64,000 nt of DNA, taken from assembly GCA_963736875.1 (NCBI GenBank), contig CAVTQH010000002.1:270663-334662 (forward strand). The letters run 5' to 3'. This document shows, in pieces, positions 47,295-59,127 of this stretch (position 1 is its first letter; each line of letters opens with the position of its first letter). The position numbers and the translations under genes were made by a program. The stretch is from Candidatus Amesbacteria bacterium (GTDB taxonomy: Bacteria; Patescibacteriota; Microgenomatia; CAZETR01; Amesbacteraceae). The notes under the pieces are model-generated. The model had not been told where the DNA came from and did no database searches. It worked only from the letters and a program-made list of their open reading frames with translations.

Positions 47295-48109
47295 TATCCC
47301 GGATTTTGGTTCTTCAGATACGCCAGAGCCCCGTATAATCCGCTTTTTTCTTCCAGCTGCCCGGGTACTATTTCCGGCAATTTGGGAAACATCTCCATCT
47401 CCAAAGCTACATATTCAGAAAGCTTTCGGATATTGATTTTTTTCATCACTCCGCCTCCCAATATCAGTATTTCCGGAGACCATAAAAGTATTACATTATG
47501 GATTCCGACAGCCAGAAGCCTGGTTTCCTGGTCCCAGACTGCCGTATCCGTAATATCTTCGGGCTTTTTCCCGAATATTTTTTCCATAGCTTTCCCGCCG
47601 GCAAACTCTTCCCAGTATCCGACTTTTCCGTTCACGTCAATAATCTGATGTCCCGGTTCAAATCCCCAAACATTTGGGCAAATCTTTCCGTCAACCACTT
47701 TCACCCCTCCGATTCCCGTTCCCACTGAGAGATACGCTACTATCTGGCTTCTTCTGCCCGCTCCCATGGTAGCTTCTCCCAAGCCTCCCATCGCCACATC
47801 ATTATTTATATATACGGATGCCCCGGTGATTTCCTGAAGGTTTTTTATTAAAGGCTTGCCTTCCCAGTTTGATAAATTCGGCGACCGGAGAAGACCGGAT
47901 TTGCTTTTGTCCAAAACACCGGCAATACCCCCGCCCGCCAGACTGATCTTGTTTTTCCCGGTTAATTTCTTAATTATTTTTTCAATATTTCTCATGGCAA
48001 CCTCATAATTTTGATCCGTCGGAATTGTCAGACTTTCACCCAAACTCACTCCGTCAGGGGAAATTGCCACTCTGGTTTTTGTCCCGCCGATGTCAAAAAC
48101 TACTTTCAT
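47291..48109 (-). CDS. ROK-family sugar kinase
   Basis: DIGGTK, NND, GTGIGG, EPGH. Confidence 0.9.
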   Translation of the reverse strand: MKVVFDIGGTKTRVAISPDGVSLGESLTIPTDQNYEVAMRNIEKIIKKLTGKNKISLAGGGIAGVLDKSKSGLLRSPNLSNWEGKPLIKNLQEITGASVYINNDVAMGGLGEATMGAGRRSQIVAYLSVGTGIGGVKVVDGKICPNVWGFEPGHQIIDVNGKVGYWEEFAGGKAMEKIFGKKPEDITDTAVWDQETRLLAVGIHNVILLWSPEILILGGGVMKKINIRKLSEYVALEMEMFPKLPEIVPGQLEEKSGLYGALAYLKNQNPGY

Positions 48110-48147
48110 ACTTGAATACCTTCCTGATTAGTATAGTATATTATTAA

Positions 48148-49350
48148 ATGCCCCTAAAGGTGCTGATGTTTGGTTGGGAACTCCCACCATTCAACAGCGG
48201 AGGACTGGGCACGGCTTGTTATGGGCTGACCCAGGCTCTGTCTCAACAAAACATCGATATCACGTTCGTTTTACCGCAAAGAGTCGGCGTCAAAGCCGAT
48301 TTCATGAAACTGGTTTTCGCCGATCTGGAAGGTTTTGAATGGCCTCCGGAAATTACTCCCTATGATACTTTAAAAATGCTTCCCCCCGGGATTCCGCCGG
48401 ATATGGTCAGAGATCTGTTATCCGCGGTAAATATGTATGCACGGCGGGCGGCTGCCATTGCCAAAAAACACAAATTTGACCTGGTGCATTCTCATGACTG
48501 GCTGTGTTTCCCCGCAGGCGTCGTGGCATCACACGTTTCCCATCAGCCGCTGGTGACCCATGTCCATGCCACGGAGTTAGACAGAAGCGGCGGAAACGGG
48601 GTTAATCCCACAGTATTCGGAATAGAAAAGAACGGGATGCATCACTCCGGGGCGGTAATTGCCGTCAGCAGCTTCACCAAAAATTTGCTCAAAACTTATT
48701 ATCAGGTCAAATCGGATAAGATTGATGTGGTCCACAACGGTATTAATGCCGATGAGTTTGACATCCCCTTGGATGAGCAGAATCCTCTGGACACGTTAAA
48801 ACAGGCCGGATTTAAAATTGTGCTGTTTCTCGGCCGCCTGACTCTGCAGAAAGGACCGGACTATTTTCTCAAAGCCGCTAAAAGGACTTTGGAGTATTAT
48901 CCCAAAGCCGTTTTTCTCATAGTCGGTTCCGGCGACATGGAGGGGCAGCTGGTAAATGAGGCTGTCAATCTGGGTATTTCCGACAAAGTCCTGTTTGCCG
49001 GTTTTCTTAGGGGGAAAATGCTGACCCAGGCATTCAAAGCCGCCGATTTGTTTGTCATGCCCTCGGTTTCCGAGCCTTTCGGACTTACTGCTCTGGAATC
49101 GGTTGCCGCCGGTACACCGGCAATAATTTCCAAGCAATCGGGTGTATCGGAAACCATGTCCCATGTTCTCAAGGTCGATTTCTGGGACGTGGAGGAAATG
49201 GCAAATCAGATAATTTCGGTTCTTAATTTTTCTTCACTGCACGTTGCCCTTAAAGATAATGGTAAACATGAGGTCAAAAAGGTCTCCTGGCAGGCGGCCG
49301 CCGCCAAGACTATCGAAATCTATAAAAAAGTTCTGGCAAAAATAGGATAA
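48148..49350 (+). CDS. GT4/GT5-like glycosyltransferase (glycogen synthase-like)
   Basis: WELPP..SGGLG, H.HDW, GR...QKG, EPFGL.ALE. Confidence 0.88.
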   Translation: MPLKVLMFGWELPPFNSGGLGTACYGLTQALSQQNIDITFVLPQRVGVKADFMKLVFADLEGFEWPPEITPYDTLKMLPPGIPPDMVRDLLSAVNMYARRAAAIAKKHKFDLVHSHDWLCFPAGVVASHVSHQPLVTHVHATELDRSGGNGVNPTVFGIEKNGMHHSGAVIAVSSFTKNLLKTYYQVKSDKIDVVHNGINADEFDIPLDEQNPLDTLKQAGFKIVLFLGRLTLQKGPDYFLKAAKRTLEYYPKAVFLIVGSGDMEGQLVNEAVNLGISDKVLFAGFLRGKMLTQAFKAADLFVMPSVSEPFGLTALESVAAGTPAIISKQSGVSETMSHVLKVDFWDVEEMANQIISVLNFSSLHVALKDNGKHEVKKVSWQAAAAKTIEIYKKVLAKIG

Positions 49351-49393
49351 AATAAGAACTGGTGCCCGGCGTTAAGCTCAGAGTACTTTCTTT

Positions 49394-50617
49394 ATGCCTG
49401 CAATCTGTTTGTATTTCCAGGTCCACCAGCCGTACCGGATAAAAAAATACCGGGTTTTTGATGTCGGTCATGACCCATGACTATTTCGAAAGCCCTCCGG
49501 GTGACCGGTTGAATAACCGGGATGTTCTGACCAAAGTTGCCCGCAAATCATACCTTCCCACCAATGCGCTGTTTCTTGGAATTATTAAATAAATATCCCC
49601 AGCTAAAAATTTCGTACTCTTTCTCCGGGGTTTTACTTGATCAATTAGCCGAGTATTCTCCTGAAGCCCTGGAAAGTTTTCAGAAATTATCGGAAACCGG
49701 CCGGGTGGAAATCTTAAGTGAAACTTATTATCACTCCCTGGCCTTTATTTTTTCCAAAGATGAATTTGACCGCCAGGTGAAACTTCATACCCAAAAAATA
49801 AAAACTCTTTTTCATCAGGTTCCCAAAGTATTTCGAAATACCGAACTGATTTACAGAAACGATCTGGCCGCGGAAATTGAAAAACTGGGTTACACCGGGA
49901 TTTTAGCCGAAGGAGCGGATCATGTTCTGGGCTGGCGCAGTCCCAACTTCCTGTATCGTCCGGTAGGCTGTCAAAAAATTAAGTTAATGCTTAAAAATTA
50001 CCGCCTTTCCGACGATATCGCTTTCCGGTTTTCCACCGTGGGATGGAGTGAATATCCTTTGACAGCGCCCAAATTTGCCCAATGGGTTTCAGCGATAAAC
50101 GGATCCGGGGATATAGTTAATTTGTTTATGGATTACGAAACCTTCGGCGAGCATCAATGGGAGGACACCGGAATTTTCAACTTTCTCCGCCATCTGCCGG
50201 GAGAACTTCTCAACCATCCCGATAATTATTTTGTTACCCCGTCACAGGCTATTAAAAATTTGCCGGCGGTAGCCGAGCTGGATTTCCCTCACTTTGTTTC
50301 CTGGGCTGATGTTGAACGGGATATTTCCGCCTGGCTGGGTAATCCCATGCAAAACGATGCTTCCGCAAAAACTGTATGAGCTGGAATCTGCCGTCCTCAA
50401 AACCCACGACGCATCACTAATTTCTGACTGGCGCCGCCTGCAAACATCGGATCATTTTTATTACATGTGTACCAAATGGTTTGCCGATGGGGATGTCCAC
50501 AAATATTTCAATCCCTACAATTCGCCTTACGAAGCCTTTATTTCTTTTATGAACGTTATTCAGGACTTAAAACTCCGTCTGGAATCGTTAACCCCGAAAT
50601 CCAAATCCAAAAAATAA
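49394..50617 (+). CDS. GH57 alpha-amylase/glucanotransferase (frameshifted)
   Basis: FQVHQP, ETYYHSL, RNTEL, MDYETFGEH, LQTSDHFYYM across frames. Confidence 0.85.
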
Positions 50618-50620
50618 CCT

Positions 50621-51895
50621 ATGCCTGATGCCCGGTGGTGGACCAAAGCGGTAATTTATGAATTGTATGTCGATAAATTTGCCGGAAATTTTCCGGGACT
50701 GACTGAAAAACTGGATTACTTCACGTATTTGGGAGTAAATACTTTATGGCTTCTGCCCCACTACCCTTCGCCGGGTATCGACGGCGGTTATGACATCTCC
50801 GATTACCAAAACATCAGGGGTGACCTGGGAACACTGGATGATTTTGACCGGTTTTTACAAACAGCTCACCAGCGGGGTCTGAAAGTCATCATTGATCTGG
50901 TTTTAAATCATACTTCAGATGATCACTCCTGGTTTAAAGAAGCCAGAGTCCTCAAAAGACAACCCTAAACGGGATTGGTACATGTGGAGTGACAATCAGG
51001 ATAAATTTTCTCAAGCCTTTGTACATTTTTCCGATATTAAAAACAACAGCAATTGGATTTTCAATGAATCTACCGGCGATTATTACTACGCTACATTTTA
51101 TCGGGAGCAGCCGGATTTGAATTGGGATAATCCCGAAGTGATGGCAGCGATGCTTAAGGTGATTGATTTTTGGCTGGGCAAGGGAGTGGATGGATTTCGT
51201 CTGGATGCTGTATCGCGTTTGGTCAAACGCGACGGTACCAATTGCTTTGCTCTTCCCGAAACCCACGACGTTCTCAAAAAAATCAGAGCCCACATCGATT
51301 CAAAATTTCCCGGTATTGTTTTGATTGCCGAAACCGGCGGCTGGCCGGATGAGGCCAGAACTTTTTTCGGAAGCGGTGATGAATGCCAGATGGTCATCAA
51401 TTTTCCCCTGGCGGTTAAATTATTAAGCGGTATCAAAAACCGCGATTTGGAAGGTGTGGAAAAGTTTGGCAATGGTGCGGGGATATTCCGGGTGCCTGCC
51501 GCTGGGCGGTATTTCTCACCAATCACGATTCCGTGGATGTGTTTTTTTTAGGCAGCGATGAAGAAAAACAGGAACTGGTAAAAAGAGCCGATCCGGCCGG
51601 ACATTTTACCCAACCCGGGGGTTTGAGCATCGGCGCCCGTCTGGCCGAAGTCTGTCAGGGAAATCCGGATGATATTATCTGGGCGACCCGGCAGCTTCTG
51701 TCCCAGCCGGCAGTTCCGGTAATTTATTACGGCAATGAAATCGGCATGAGAAACCAGAGTTTTCCGGAAAAACCGCCGGATACCAGAGTCTGTGTTCGCG
51801 GTCAGTTTGATTGGGCGGAAGCTGAACGTCAAAAATCCGACCCATCTTCAATTCTCAATCAAGTCCGGGAAGCTATCCGAAATCGGAAAAACTAG
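50621..51895 (+). CDS. GH13 alpha-amylase/trehalose synthase-like (frameshifted)
   Basis: [34 protein letters not shown] across three frames. Confidence 0.85.
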
Positions 51896-53253
51896 CTTCT
51901 GATCAGCGCCAATACTTCGTCCCTCTTTTGCTCCATTAACTCTTTGATTTTAGCTTCCAGGTTTAATCTCAAAAGGGGTTCTGTATTTGATGGTCTGACA
52001 TTAAACCACCATTCAGGATATTCCACGGAAATCCCGTCCAGGAATGACTGCTGTCCGTCACTGTATTTACTTTTTATTTCTTCAATTTTAGTATTAACGT
52101 CTTTAACTTTTGTATTAATTTCCCCCGAGTGAAAATATATCGCATAAGGTTTCCACAATTGCGACAACTTTTTCCCCGACCTGCTTATATAATCAAGCAG
52201 CAGACCTACCAGAATAGTTGGAGCTTCAAAAGTTCCGTATTCCTGTTTGAAAAAATAATGACCTGATATTTCACCGGAAAATACAATATTCTCTCTCAGC
52301 ATCTGCTCTTTTATCAGTGAATGTCCCACCCGGTTCACCACTGGGACTCCTCCGGCGGCTGTAATCAGATCCACAGTCGCTCTTCCCGGCCTGATATCGT
52401 AACCCATTTTTTCCCCCGGATATTTAGCTAACATTATTTGGGCGACTATTCCTCTTAATACATCTTGTTGCACGGTATCACCGTTTTCATCAATAAAAAA
52501 ATACCTGTCAGCGTCCCCGTCTGTGGCAATCCCCAAATCAGCATTTTGTTCCAGTACAGCCTTTTTCACCCAGGCAAGATTTTCCTCTTTCAGCGGATCT
52601 GCCTGATGAATCGGAAAAGTTCCGTCCAGTTCAAAATTCAGTTTAATAATCTTACAATTGCTTTTATTAAACATCGCTTCTGCATCCAACCCCCCCATGC
52701 CGTTAGCAGTATCAATGGCAATTTTAAATGGTTTAATATTGGACCAATCTACCCACTTTTTTTGCACATCAACCATTTCGTCCAAAACACCGGATTGGTT
52801 TCCTGTTTGACCGGGTTGCTCATCAATCCAATTATTTTCCACTACCCAATCTCTCATCTGCTTTATTCCGCTTGCCTCCGAAACAGGAATTCCCCCGGAC
52901 CTGACCATCTTAAATCCGTTATACTCCGGCGGATTATGAGATGCTGAAACCTGAATTCCGGCATCGAATCCGTAATAAGCCACTCCGAAATAAAATGTCG
53001 GAGTTGAAGCCAAACCGATATTAACTACATTCACCCCTGATTTCACCAATCCCTCAATTATCTTTTCGGACAGGTTTGGTGAAGATAATCGCATATCCCG
53101 GGCAACCGCAATTTTTATTTGTTTTCCTGCATTCTCAGACTTTATCAGCCTGGCAAAAGCTCGTCCGATTTTGTAAGCTACCTCCTCGTCAATTTGACCG
53201 GGAAATATCCCTCGGATATCGTATGCCTTAAAAATTGAGGGGTCTACCTTCAT
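51892..53253 (-). CDS. phosphomannomutase/phosphoglucomutase
   Basis: FKAYDIRG, SASHNP, DGDADR, GEISGH, RPSNTEP. Confidence 0.95.
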   Translation of the reverse strand: MKVDPSIFKAYDIRGIFPGQIDEEVAYKIGRAFARLIKSENAGKQIKIAVARDMRLSSPNLSEKIIEGLVKSGVNVVNIGLASTPTFYFGVAYYGFDAGIQVSASHNPPEYNGFKMVRSGGIPVSEASGIKQMRDWVVENNWIDEQPGQTGNQSGVLDEMVDVQKKWVDWSNIKPFKIAIDTANGMGGLDAEAMFNKSNCKIIKLNFELDGTFPIHQADPLKEENLAWVKKAVLEQNADLGIATDGDADRYFFIDENGDTVQQDVLRGIVAQIMLAKYPGEKMGYDIRPGRATVDLITAAGGVPVVNRVGHSLIKEQMLRENIVFSGEISGHYFFKQEYGTFEAPTILVGLLLDYISRSGKKLSQLWKPYAIYFHSGEINTKVKDVNTKIEEIKSKYSDGQQSFLDGISVEYPEWWFNVRPSNTEPLLRLNLEAKIKELMEQKRDEVLALIRS

Positions 53254-53292
53254 TGATACAGATACTATACAATATACAGATAAAGCTGCCCA

Positions 53293-55003
53293 ATGACTGA
53301 AACCAAACCCCCGATCGATCTGGCTTACTTCTCCATGGAGATCATGCTGGAGTCGGATATCCCGACTTATGCCGGCGGCCTGGGTGTTTTGGCCGGAGAT
53401 CTTTTACGCTCCTGTGCTGACCAAAAAGTCCCGGCGGTGGGAATAAGCCTCGTCTACAGCGGCAAATTTATCAAGCAGATTGTTCTTCCCGACGGCCGCC
53501 AGCAGTTTGAGGAAAGGGATTGGCAGAAATCCGACCAGCTGCAGCTTCTGCCGAACGAAATCAAGATCGTCATCGACAATACCGAAATTACGGTCGGCTG
53601 CTGGCGCTATGACATTGTCGGCCTCGACGAATTTGTCGTCCCCGTATTCTTATTGGATCTGGATGTCATCGAAAATCCGCAGTGGATTCGGGAAATCGGC
53701 CAGAATCTTTATGATGTTTCCAAAAGCCACTTCCGTATTTGCCAGGAGTTGGTTTTGGGTATCGGGGGGATAAAAATGCTCAGGTCACTGGGTTACGAAA
53801 GATGTCAAAACCTATCATATCAATGAAGGTCATGGCGCGTTTGCCACTCTGGAACTTTTAGCTGAAAATAACTACAAAGACGACGAGGTCAAAAAAAAGT
53901 GTGTTTTTACCACTCACACCCCCATGCCGGAAGGTCATGATAAATTCGGCTACGATTTTGCCTATAAATATGCCGCAAAATATCTTCCCCTGCATATCAA
54001 AAAATTAGCCGGGGATGATTGCCTGAACATGACTCTTCTGGGTATGAATTTAAGCAGGGAAAGCCTGGCTGTTTCCCAAAAACACCAAAAGGTTTCCGAG
54101 CATTTATTTCCGGGTTTTAAATTCGGGTTTGTGACCAACGGGATTCATCACCGGACCTGGGTGGGTTCCTACTTCCAGGATTTATTTGAGCATTATATTC
54201 CCGGGTGGCTCGAAGATCCCTCACTTTTAAAACAGGCAGTTAATAAATTACCCGACGAGGCCCTCTGGCAGGTGCATAAGGAAAGTAAAAATGAGCTCAT
54301 CCAGTACGTTAACAAACACATGCCCAACTGTCTGCCGTACATAGGTTACGAGATGAAATCATGGGATTTCTTTGACACCCGCACTTTGACCATTTCTTTG
54401 GCCCGCCGGCCGGTAGGTTACAAACGGCCCCTTTTAATTTACAAGGATATCGAAAGGCTGGCGCGGATCGGTGCCGGTAAAATCCAGATTATCCAGTGCG
54501 GCCGCTCTCATCCCCACGATCCCATATCCCAGGACTTTATTCACCAGATTATCGAAATTTCAAACCGCTTAAAGGGAGTCATGAAAATTGCTTTCCTGGA
54601 AAATTATTCTCCCAAAATTACCCGTCAGCTGGTAGCCGGGACTGATGTCTGGTTAAACACCCCCAAAAGGCCCCTTGAGGCTTCAGGAACCAGCGGCATG
54701 AAAGCCGCCGCCAACGGTGTTCTCAATTTTTCCGTTCTCGACGGCTGGTGGATTGAAGGATTTACCCAGGATCCCCTGGCAGGCTTTGCCATCGGTGCTA
54801 ACGATGACAGTGTCGAACCCAAAAATGATGACGATGCTGACGCCATGGATTTATATAACAAATTGGAGACTGAAGTTGTACCTTTATATTATGATCACCG
54901 GCCTGAGTGGATTTTACGCATGAAACATGCCATTTCCCTGGCTGCCTACTTTAATACCCACCGCTGTCTGGATGAATATCAGTCCAAAGCCTGGAATAAA
55001 TAG
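53293..55003 (+). CDS. glgP: alpha-glucan (glycogen) phosphorylase, frameshift near 53800
   Basis: AYFSME, YAGGLG.LAGD, FTTHTP, EASGTSGMKA. Confidence 0.88.
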
Positions 55004-55095
55004 AAAAGATTACCGCCTGGAATAACTTCGTGATTAAACTATGTTTTTGTTTAAATAAGTATCTTGTAGTATAATACGGCCGATAGTAGTGAAAT

Positions 55096-55365
55096 ATGAG
55101 TACCAATTCTTTGCCGGCTGATATCCGAAAACAACTTCGCCAGGAGATTGAGCGAAAAAATCTGACGGAAATGCTTCTAACTGCGGTTGACGAGGAATAT
55201 TCCAGGTTTGATCAGAATCTTAAACTGCTCAGGATGAATGCGGCTTCTTCTGAAGATGTTCAGAAAAAAGCTCAGTCTATGCAGGATGCACACCGTTCAT
55301 ATCAAGAGTATCAGGGTCATTTAGCGGAGATTCTTAAGCAGGCAGAAACAATTAATCATGAATAA
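55096..55365 (+). CDS. hypothetical protein
   Basis: 89 aa helical ORF. Confidence 0.5.
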   Translation: MSTNSLPADIRKQLRQEIERKNLTEMLLTAVDEEYSRFDQNLKLLRMNAASSEDVQKKAQSMQDAHRSYQEYQGHLAEILKQAETINHE

Positions 55366-56038
55366 GGAAACTGTTAACAAATTACCTGCCTCGGATATTG
55401 TAAACAGGGTTAATAGTATTCCAGGCCTTCATTTGGAGCGCCTGTATCAGGCCCGGCCGGAATATCTGACTCAGGCAGCGTTCGTGGAAATGTTATCCCG
55501 TGATCCCGGTGTGGCGGAAAGATGGTTTGATTTTCTTGAAAATAAAGCTCAGCTTGATGCTCAAAATTCCAGGGCCGAGCTTATCAAACATGTGGCAGTT
55601 CAGGATTACAGAATCAGCAGTTTTTCCTATCACCTGACTATGGGTGAAAGGGACGAACTGGATACATTAGCCCGATCCATGAATCAAGCCCGGAAACGGT
55701 CAACAAACGGCCTTATCGGCGCCCTGATGCGCCATCATCTTATTACCCGGGACATGATCGGCAGTGATGGGAGAATAAATATTCCCGAAGACAAACGGAT
55801 CGGTTTATTAACTTACGCCCACGGATTTAAATTATCTGAAAGATCGGTTAAAAACTTTTATAAGCGGGAACCGGTACCGGATGTGGTTTCTATGCCTGAA
55901 ATTCCTGCGGTAGAAACTGCGTCTTCGGAAGCCTCCTCCCAAAATCCGAAACCACCTTGGAAATCCAAAGGCAGATTGATTTTAAGCCGTATATTTCGTT
56001 CATCCGGATTACCCTCAGAAGAAGCAGTTTACCCCTAA
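55358..56038 (+). CDS. hypothetical protein
   Basis: 226 aa ORF overlapping the upstream stop. Confidence 0.55.
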   Translation: MNKETVNKLPASDIVNRVNSIPGLHLERLYQARPEYLTQAAFVEMLSRDPGVAERWFDFLENKAQLDAQNSRAELIKHVAVQDYRISSFSYHLTMGERDELDTLARSMNQARKRSTNGLIGALMRHHLITRDMIGSDGRINIPEDKRIGLLTYAHGFKLSERSVKNFYKREPVPDVVSMPEIPAVETASSEASSQNPKPPWKSKGRLILSRIFRSSGLPSEEAVYP

Positions 56039-56064
56039 CCTGACAAAATTATATTTTGAATATG

Positions 56065-56138
56065 TGACCCCGGTGGGATTCGAACCCACAATTCCCAGGA
56101 TGAGAACCTGGTGTCCTGAGCCGTTAGACGACGGGGCC
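56065..56138 (-). tRNA. tRNA-Glu (anticodon CTC)
   Basis: GGCCCCG/CGGGGTC acceptor, CCAGG-TTCTCAT-CCTGG anticodon arm, GGTTCGAATCC. Confidence 0.95.
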
Positions 56139-56170
56139 GGTTGAAGCAATTTTAACTTCCCCGAGGGCAA

Positions 56171-56199
56171 TTGACAAACAATTTTTCTTAAGCTAATAT
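56171..56199 (+). promoter_or_regulatory. sigma70-type promoter for greA-lysS
   Basis: TTGACA-17-TAATAT. Confidence 0.6.
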
Positions 56200-56219
56200 T
56201 CTAGAGCGCTTTCAGAACA

Positions 56220-56244
56220 CCCCGTTAGAACGGGGCTCTTTTTT
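56220..56244 (+). terminator. terminator-like hairpin in greA leader
   Basis: CCCCGTT-AG-AACGGGG-CTC-TTTTTT. Confidence 0.55.
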
Positions 56245-56264
56245 AAACGGCAAACCCAAAGTTT

Positions 56265-56726
56265 ATGAATAATCACAAGATATTGGTTACCGAAGCAGGC
56301 CTGACCGAACTCAAGGCCGAGTTGGCGGATTTAAAGGATGTCAAACGTCCGGCATTGGTAGAACGACTGAGCATTGCCCGCAGTATGGGGGATTTAGCCG
56401 AAAACAGCGATTATATCAGTGCCAAGGAAGAACTTTCGTTTTTGGACAGCCGGATAGACGAGCTGGACGAACTGATGAAAAATACCAAAGTTGCCGTCCC
56501 TACCGGTAACCACCAGGTGGATTTCGGCCATACCGTCAAAGTTAAAATCAATTCCGGTGAAACTTCATTTCAGATTGTAGGTGAACCAGAAGCCGATCCG
56601 GCTAAAAGGAAAATTTCCCATTCTTCACCGTTAGGTTTAGCCTTGATGGGTAAAAAAGTCGGCGACCGGGTGGAAGTTGAAGCCCCGGTAGGCAAGATAC
56701 TTTATACCATTCTTTCTATAGAGTAA
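56265..56726 (+). CDS. greA: transcription elongation factor GreA
   Basis: GDLAENSDY..AKE, IS..SPLG.ALMG. Confidence 0.96.
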   Translation: MNNHKILVTEAGLTELKAELADLKDVKRPALVERLSIARSMGDLAENSDYISAKEELSFLDSRIDELDELMKNTKVAVPTGNHQVDFGHTVKVKINSGETSFQIVGEPEADPAKRKISHSSPLGLALMGKKVGDRVEVEAPVGKILYTILSIE

Positions 56727-56735
56727 GATTGTTTC

Positions 56736-58118
56736 ATGAGTAATTCCCGATTGGAGGAGATTCGGCAAGCCCGCCTTGCCAAGCTGCAGAAATTTATCAG
56801 TCTGGGTATAAACCCCTATCCGGCAAAATTCTCCCGCCCTCATATTCCGATTTCACAAGCCCGGGATAAAAAAAATGAAGTGTCCGTAGCCGGCCGGCTG
56901 TGGCGTCTGCGGGAGCACGGAAATGTGATTTTTGCAGACCTCAAAGACGCCTCCGGTCAGATTCAGCTCCTTTTCCAAAAAAAGAATTTGCAGGATAGAT
57001 TCAGTCTGCTGAAACTTCTTGATGTCGGTGACTTTTTAGGAGTGACCGGTAATGTAATTTCCACCCAGGCCGGTGAAATTACCGTCGACGTTTCGTATTT
57101 TGAAATACTGTCCAAGTCCCTAAGACCGATTCCCGATGATTGGTATGGATTAAAAGATGAAGAGGAGCGTTACCGTCACCGCTATGTAGATCTGATGTTG
57201 GACGGCAAATTGCAGGATTTGTTTGCGAAAAAGTCTGTTTTCTGGGACAGTATGCGTCGTTTCTTACAGAAAAAAGGTTTCATGGAAGTAGAAACTCCGG
57301 TACTTGAAAATGTTTTCGGCGGGGCGGATGCAAATCCTTTTGTTACCCATCACAACGCCTTGGATCTGGACCTGTATTTGCGCATCTCCATGGGAGAACT
57401 GTGGCAGAAAAGGCTGATGGTGGCAGGTTTTGAAAAAACTTTTGAAATCGGCCGTCAGTTTCGCAACGAAGGCATAAGCAGGGAGCATTTACAGGATTAC
57501 ACCCAGATGGAATTTTACTGGGCATATGCCAATTTTGAGGATTCAATGAATTTGGTAGAGGAAATGTACCGGTATGTGGCCAAAGAGACGTTTGGCAGAC
57601 TGGATTTTGACATCTATGGCCACCATGTGGATTTATCCAAACCCTGGGCCAGAATTGACTATACCAAAACCATTTTAGATAAAACCGGAAAAGATATTAC
57701 CAAGTTGAAAAACGGCCGGGAAATGGATGAACTGTGGAAACAAGCCAGAAAAACCATTACCGGACCGGCATTCTTAACAGGCCATCCGGTTGAGGTTTCA
57801 CCTTTGGCTAAAAGGCAGGCGGAAAAACCCGATTTTGTTGAAAGATACCAGGTAATAATTGCCGGGAGTGAATTGGGTAACGGATATTCTGAATTAAACG
57901 ATCCGGTTGATCAGGCCCAGAGATTCCAGAAACAGCAGGATTTAAGAGATCAGGGTGACCAGGAAGCACAGATGTATGATCGGGATTTTGTGGAAGCTCT
58001 GGAATACGGCATGCCCCCGGTTACCGGTTTCGGAGTCTCCGAACGCCTGTTTTCCTTTTTAGCGGATAAAACCAGCCGGGAATGCGTTTTATTCCCCCTT
58101 CTCCGCCCTGAAAAGTGA
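56736..58118 (+). CDS. lysS: lysyl-tRNA synthetase (class II)
   Basis: RYRHRYVDL, GGA.A.PF.THHN, FRNEG, NGYSELNDP, ALEYGMPP. Confidence 0.96.
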   Translation: MSNSRLEEIRQARLAKLQKFISLGINPYPAKFSRPHIPISQARDKKNEVSVAGRLWRLREHGNVIFADLKDASGQIQLLFQKKNLQDRFSLLKLLDVGDFLGVTGNVISTQAGEITVDVSYFEILSKSLRPIPDDWYGLKDEEERYRHRYVDLMLDGKLQDLFAKKSVFWDSMRRFLQKKGFMEVETPVLENVFGGADANPFVTHHNALDLDLYLRISMGELWQKRLMVAGFEKTFEIGRQFRNEGISREHLQDYTQMEFYWAYANFEDSMNLVEEMYRYVAKETFGRLDFDIYGHHVDLSKPWARIDYTKTILDKTGKDITKLKNGREMDELWKQARKTITGPAFLTGHPVEVSPLAKRQAEKPDFVERYQVIIAGSELGNGYSELNDPVDQAQRFQKQQDLRDQGDQEAQMYDRDFVEALEYGMPPVTGFGVSERLFSFLADKTSRECVLFPLLRPEK

Positions 58119-58160
58119 TATCTTCCAATATCTTCTAATATATACTAATATTATCCAATT

Positions 58161-59114
58161 ATGGATATTAATCAGTATAAGTGGAATGAGACACCCCGAA
58201 TCCGGCAGTTACAGATTGAATTGGAGGCGGTCAAGTTGGTTTTGGAAACCACCCGGATATTCCCTCAATTGGAAGTCAACCTTCGTCAAAATGCATTATT
58301 AAAAAGTGCTGTTTATTCCGCCCGGATCGAGGGATTTCCCGATACCGAGCAGATTCCCCGTAAAGAAAGCCAAAACCTGATTTCCGCTTACAGATACATT
58401 TCTTCTCCCCAAGTTCCGTCCAAACTGACAATCCCCTTAATCAAAAAATTTCATTATTTAAGCTTAAGAAATCTTTCAACCGGGGCCGGAAAATTCCGTC
58501 AGGAAGCCTGGGCGGTATATGCTCCCGACGGCTCCGTTATTCATCTGGCTCCGCCATTTTACAAATTACCGGAACTTATGTCCCGGTATGTCGATTATAT
58601 TAATCACAGTACCGCTCCGGCAGGTATCAAAGCTGCTTCAGCCCAATTTATCTTTGAAAAAATCCACCCCTTTGCTGACGGCAATGGCCGTGCGGGCCGG
58701 CTCATTTCCTCATTCATTCTGGCTTCTTCCGGATACAGCTTCAAAGGGCTGGTCCCGCTGGAGGAATATGTGGATTTGCACCGGGATGAATACCACGCCG
58801 CCCTGGAGCCCAGTCATAATATGACTGATTTTATCGTGTTTTTTCTGACTGCCGTCACCGGTCAGGTCAGAAAGTTTCTGACAGACTCTGATTTATCGGC
58901 ACCATTCAGGCCGGAAACAGGATTACCTCTTCGCCGTCAGGAAATTATCTCGATAGTCAGGGAACATCCGTACAGTTCTTTTGATTTTATCTGCCGCAGG
59001 TTCGCTGCAGTCAATCCCAAAACTCTGCATTACGATATCCAAAAACTTATTATCGGAGGGTTTATTAAAAAAATCGGTACCACCAGGGGAGTGGTGTATA
59101 TCATCAATTCATAA
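58161..59114 (+). CDS. Fic-domain protein with C-terminal wHTH
   Basis: HPFADGNGRAGR motif; N-terminal SARIEG inhibitory motif. Confidence 0.92.
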   Translation: MDINQYKWNETPRIRQLQIELEAVKLVLETTRIFPQLEVNLRQNALLKSAVYSARIEGFPDTEQIPRKESQNLISAYRYISSPQVPSKLTIPLIKKFHYLSLRNLSTGAGKFRQEAWAVYAPDGSVIHLAPPFYKLPELMSRYVDYINHSTAPAGIKAASAQFIFEKIHPFADGNGRAGRLISSFILASSGYSFKGLVPLEEYVDLHRDEYHAALEPSHNMTDFIVFFLTAVTGQVRKFLTDSDLSAPFRPETGLPLRRQEIISIVREHPYSSFDFICRRFAAVNPKTLHYDIQKLIIGGFIKKIGTTRGVVYIINS

Positions 59115-59127
59115 TAAAATCAGTCCC

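Noticed and set aside
48148-55003. Glycogen/alpha-glucan gene cluster as a novel system (likewise the type IV pilus locus at 35962-43615)
   Set aside because: Standard, well-described gene sets.
54989-55025. 11-bp direct repeat GCCTGGAATAA at the glgP 3' end
   Set aside because: Too short and local; no element lies between the copies.
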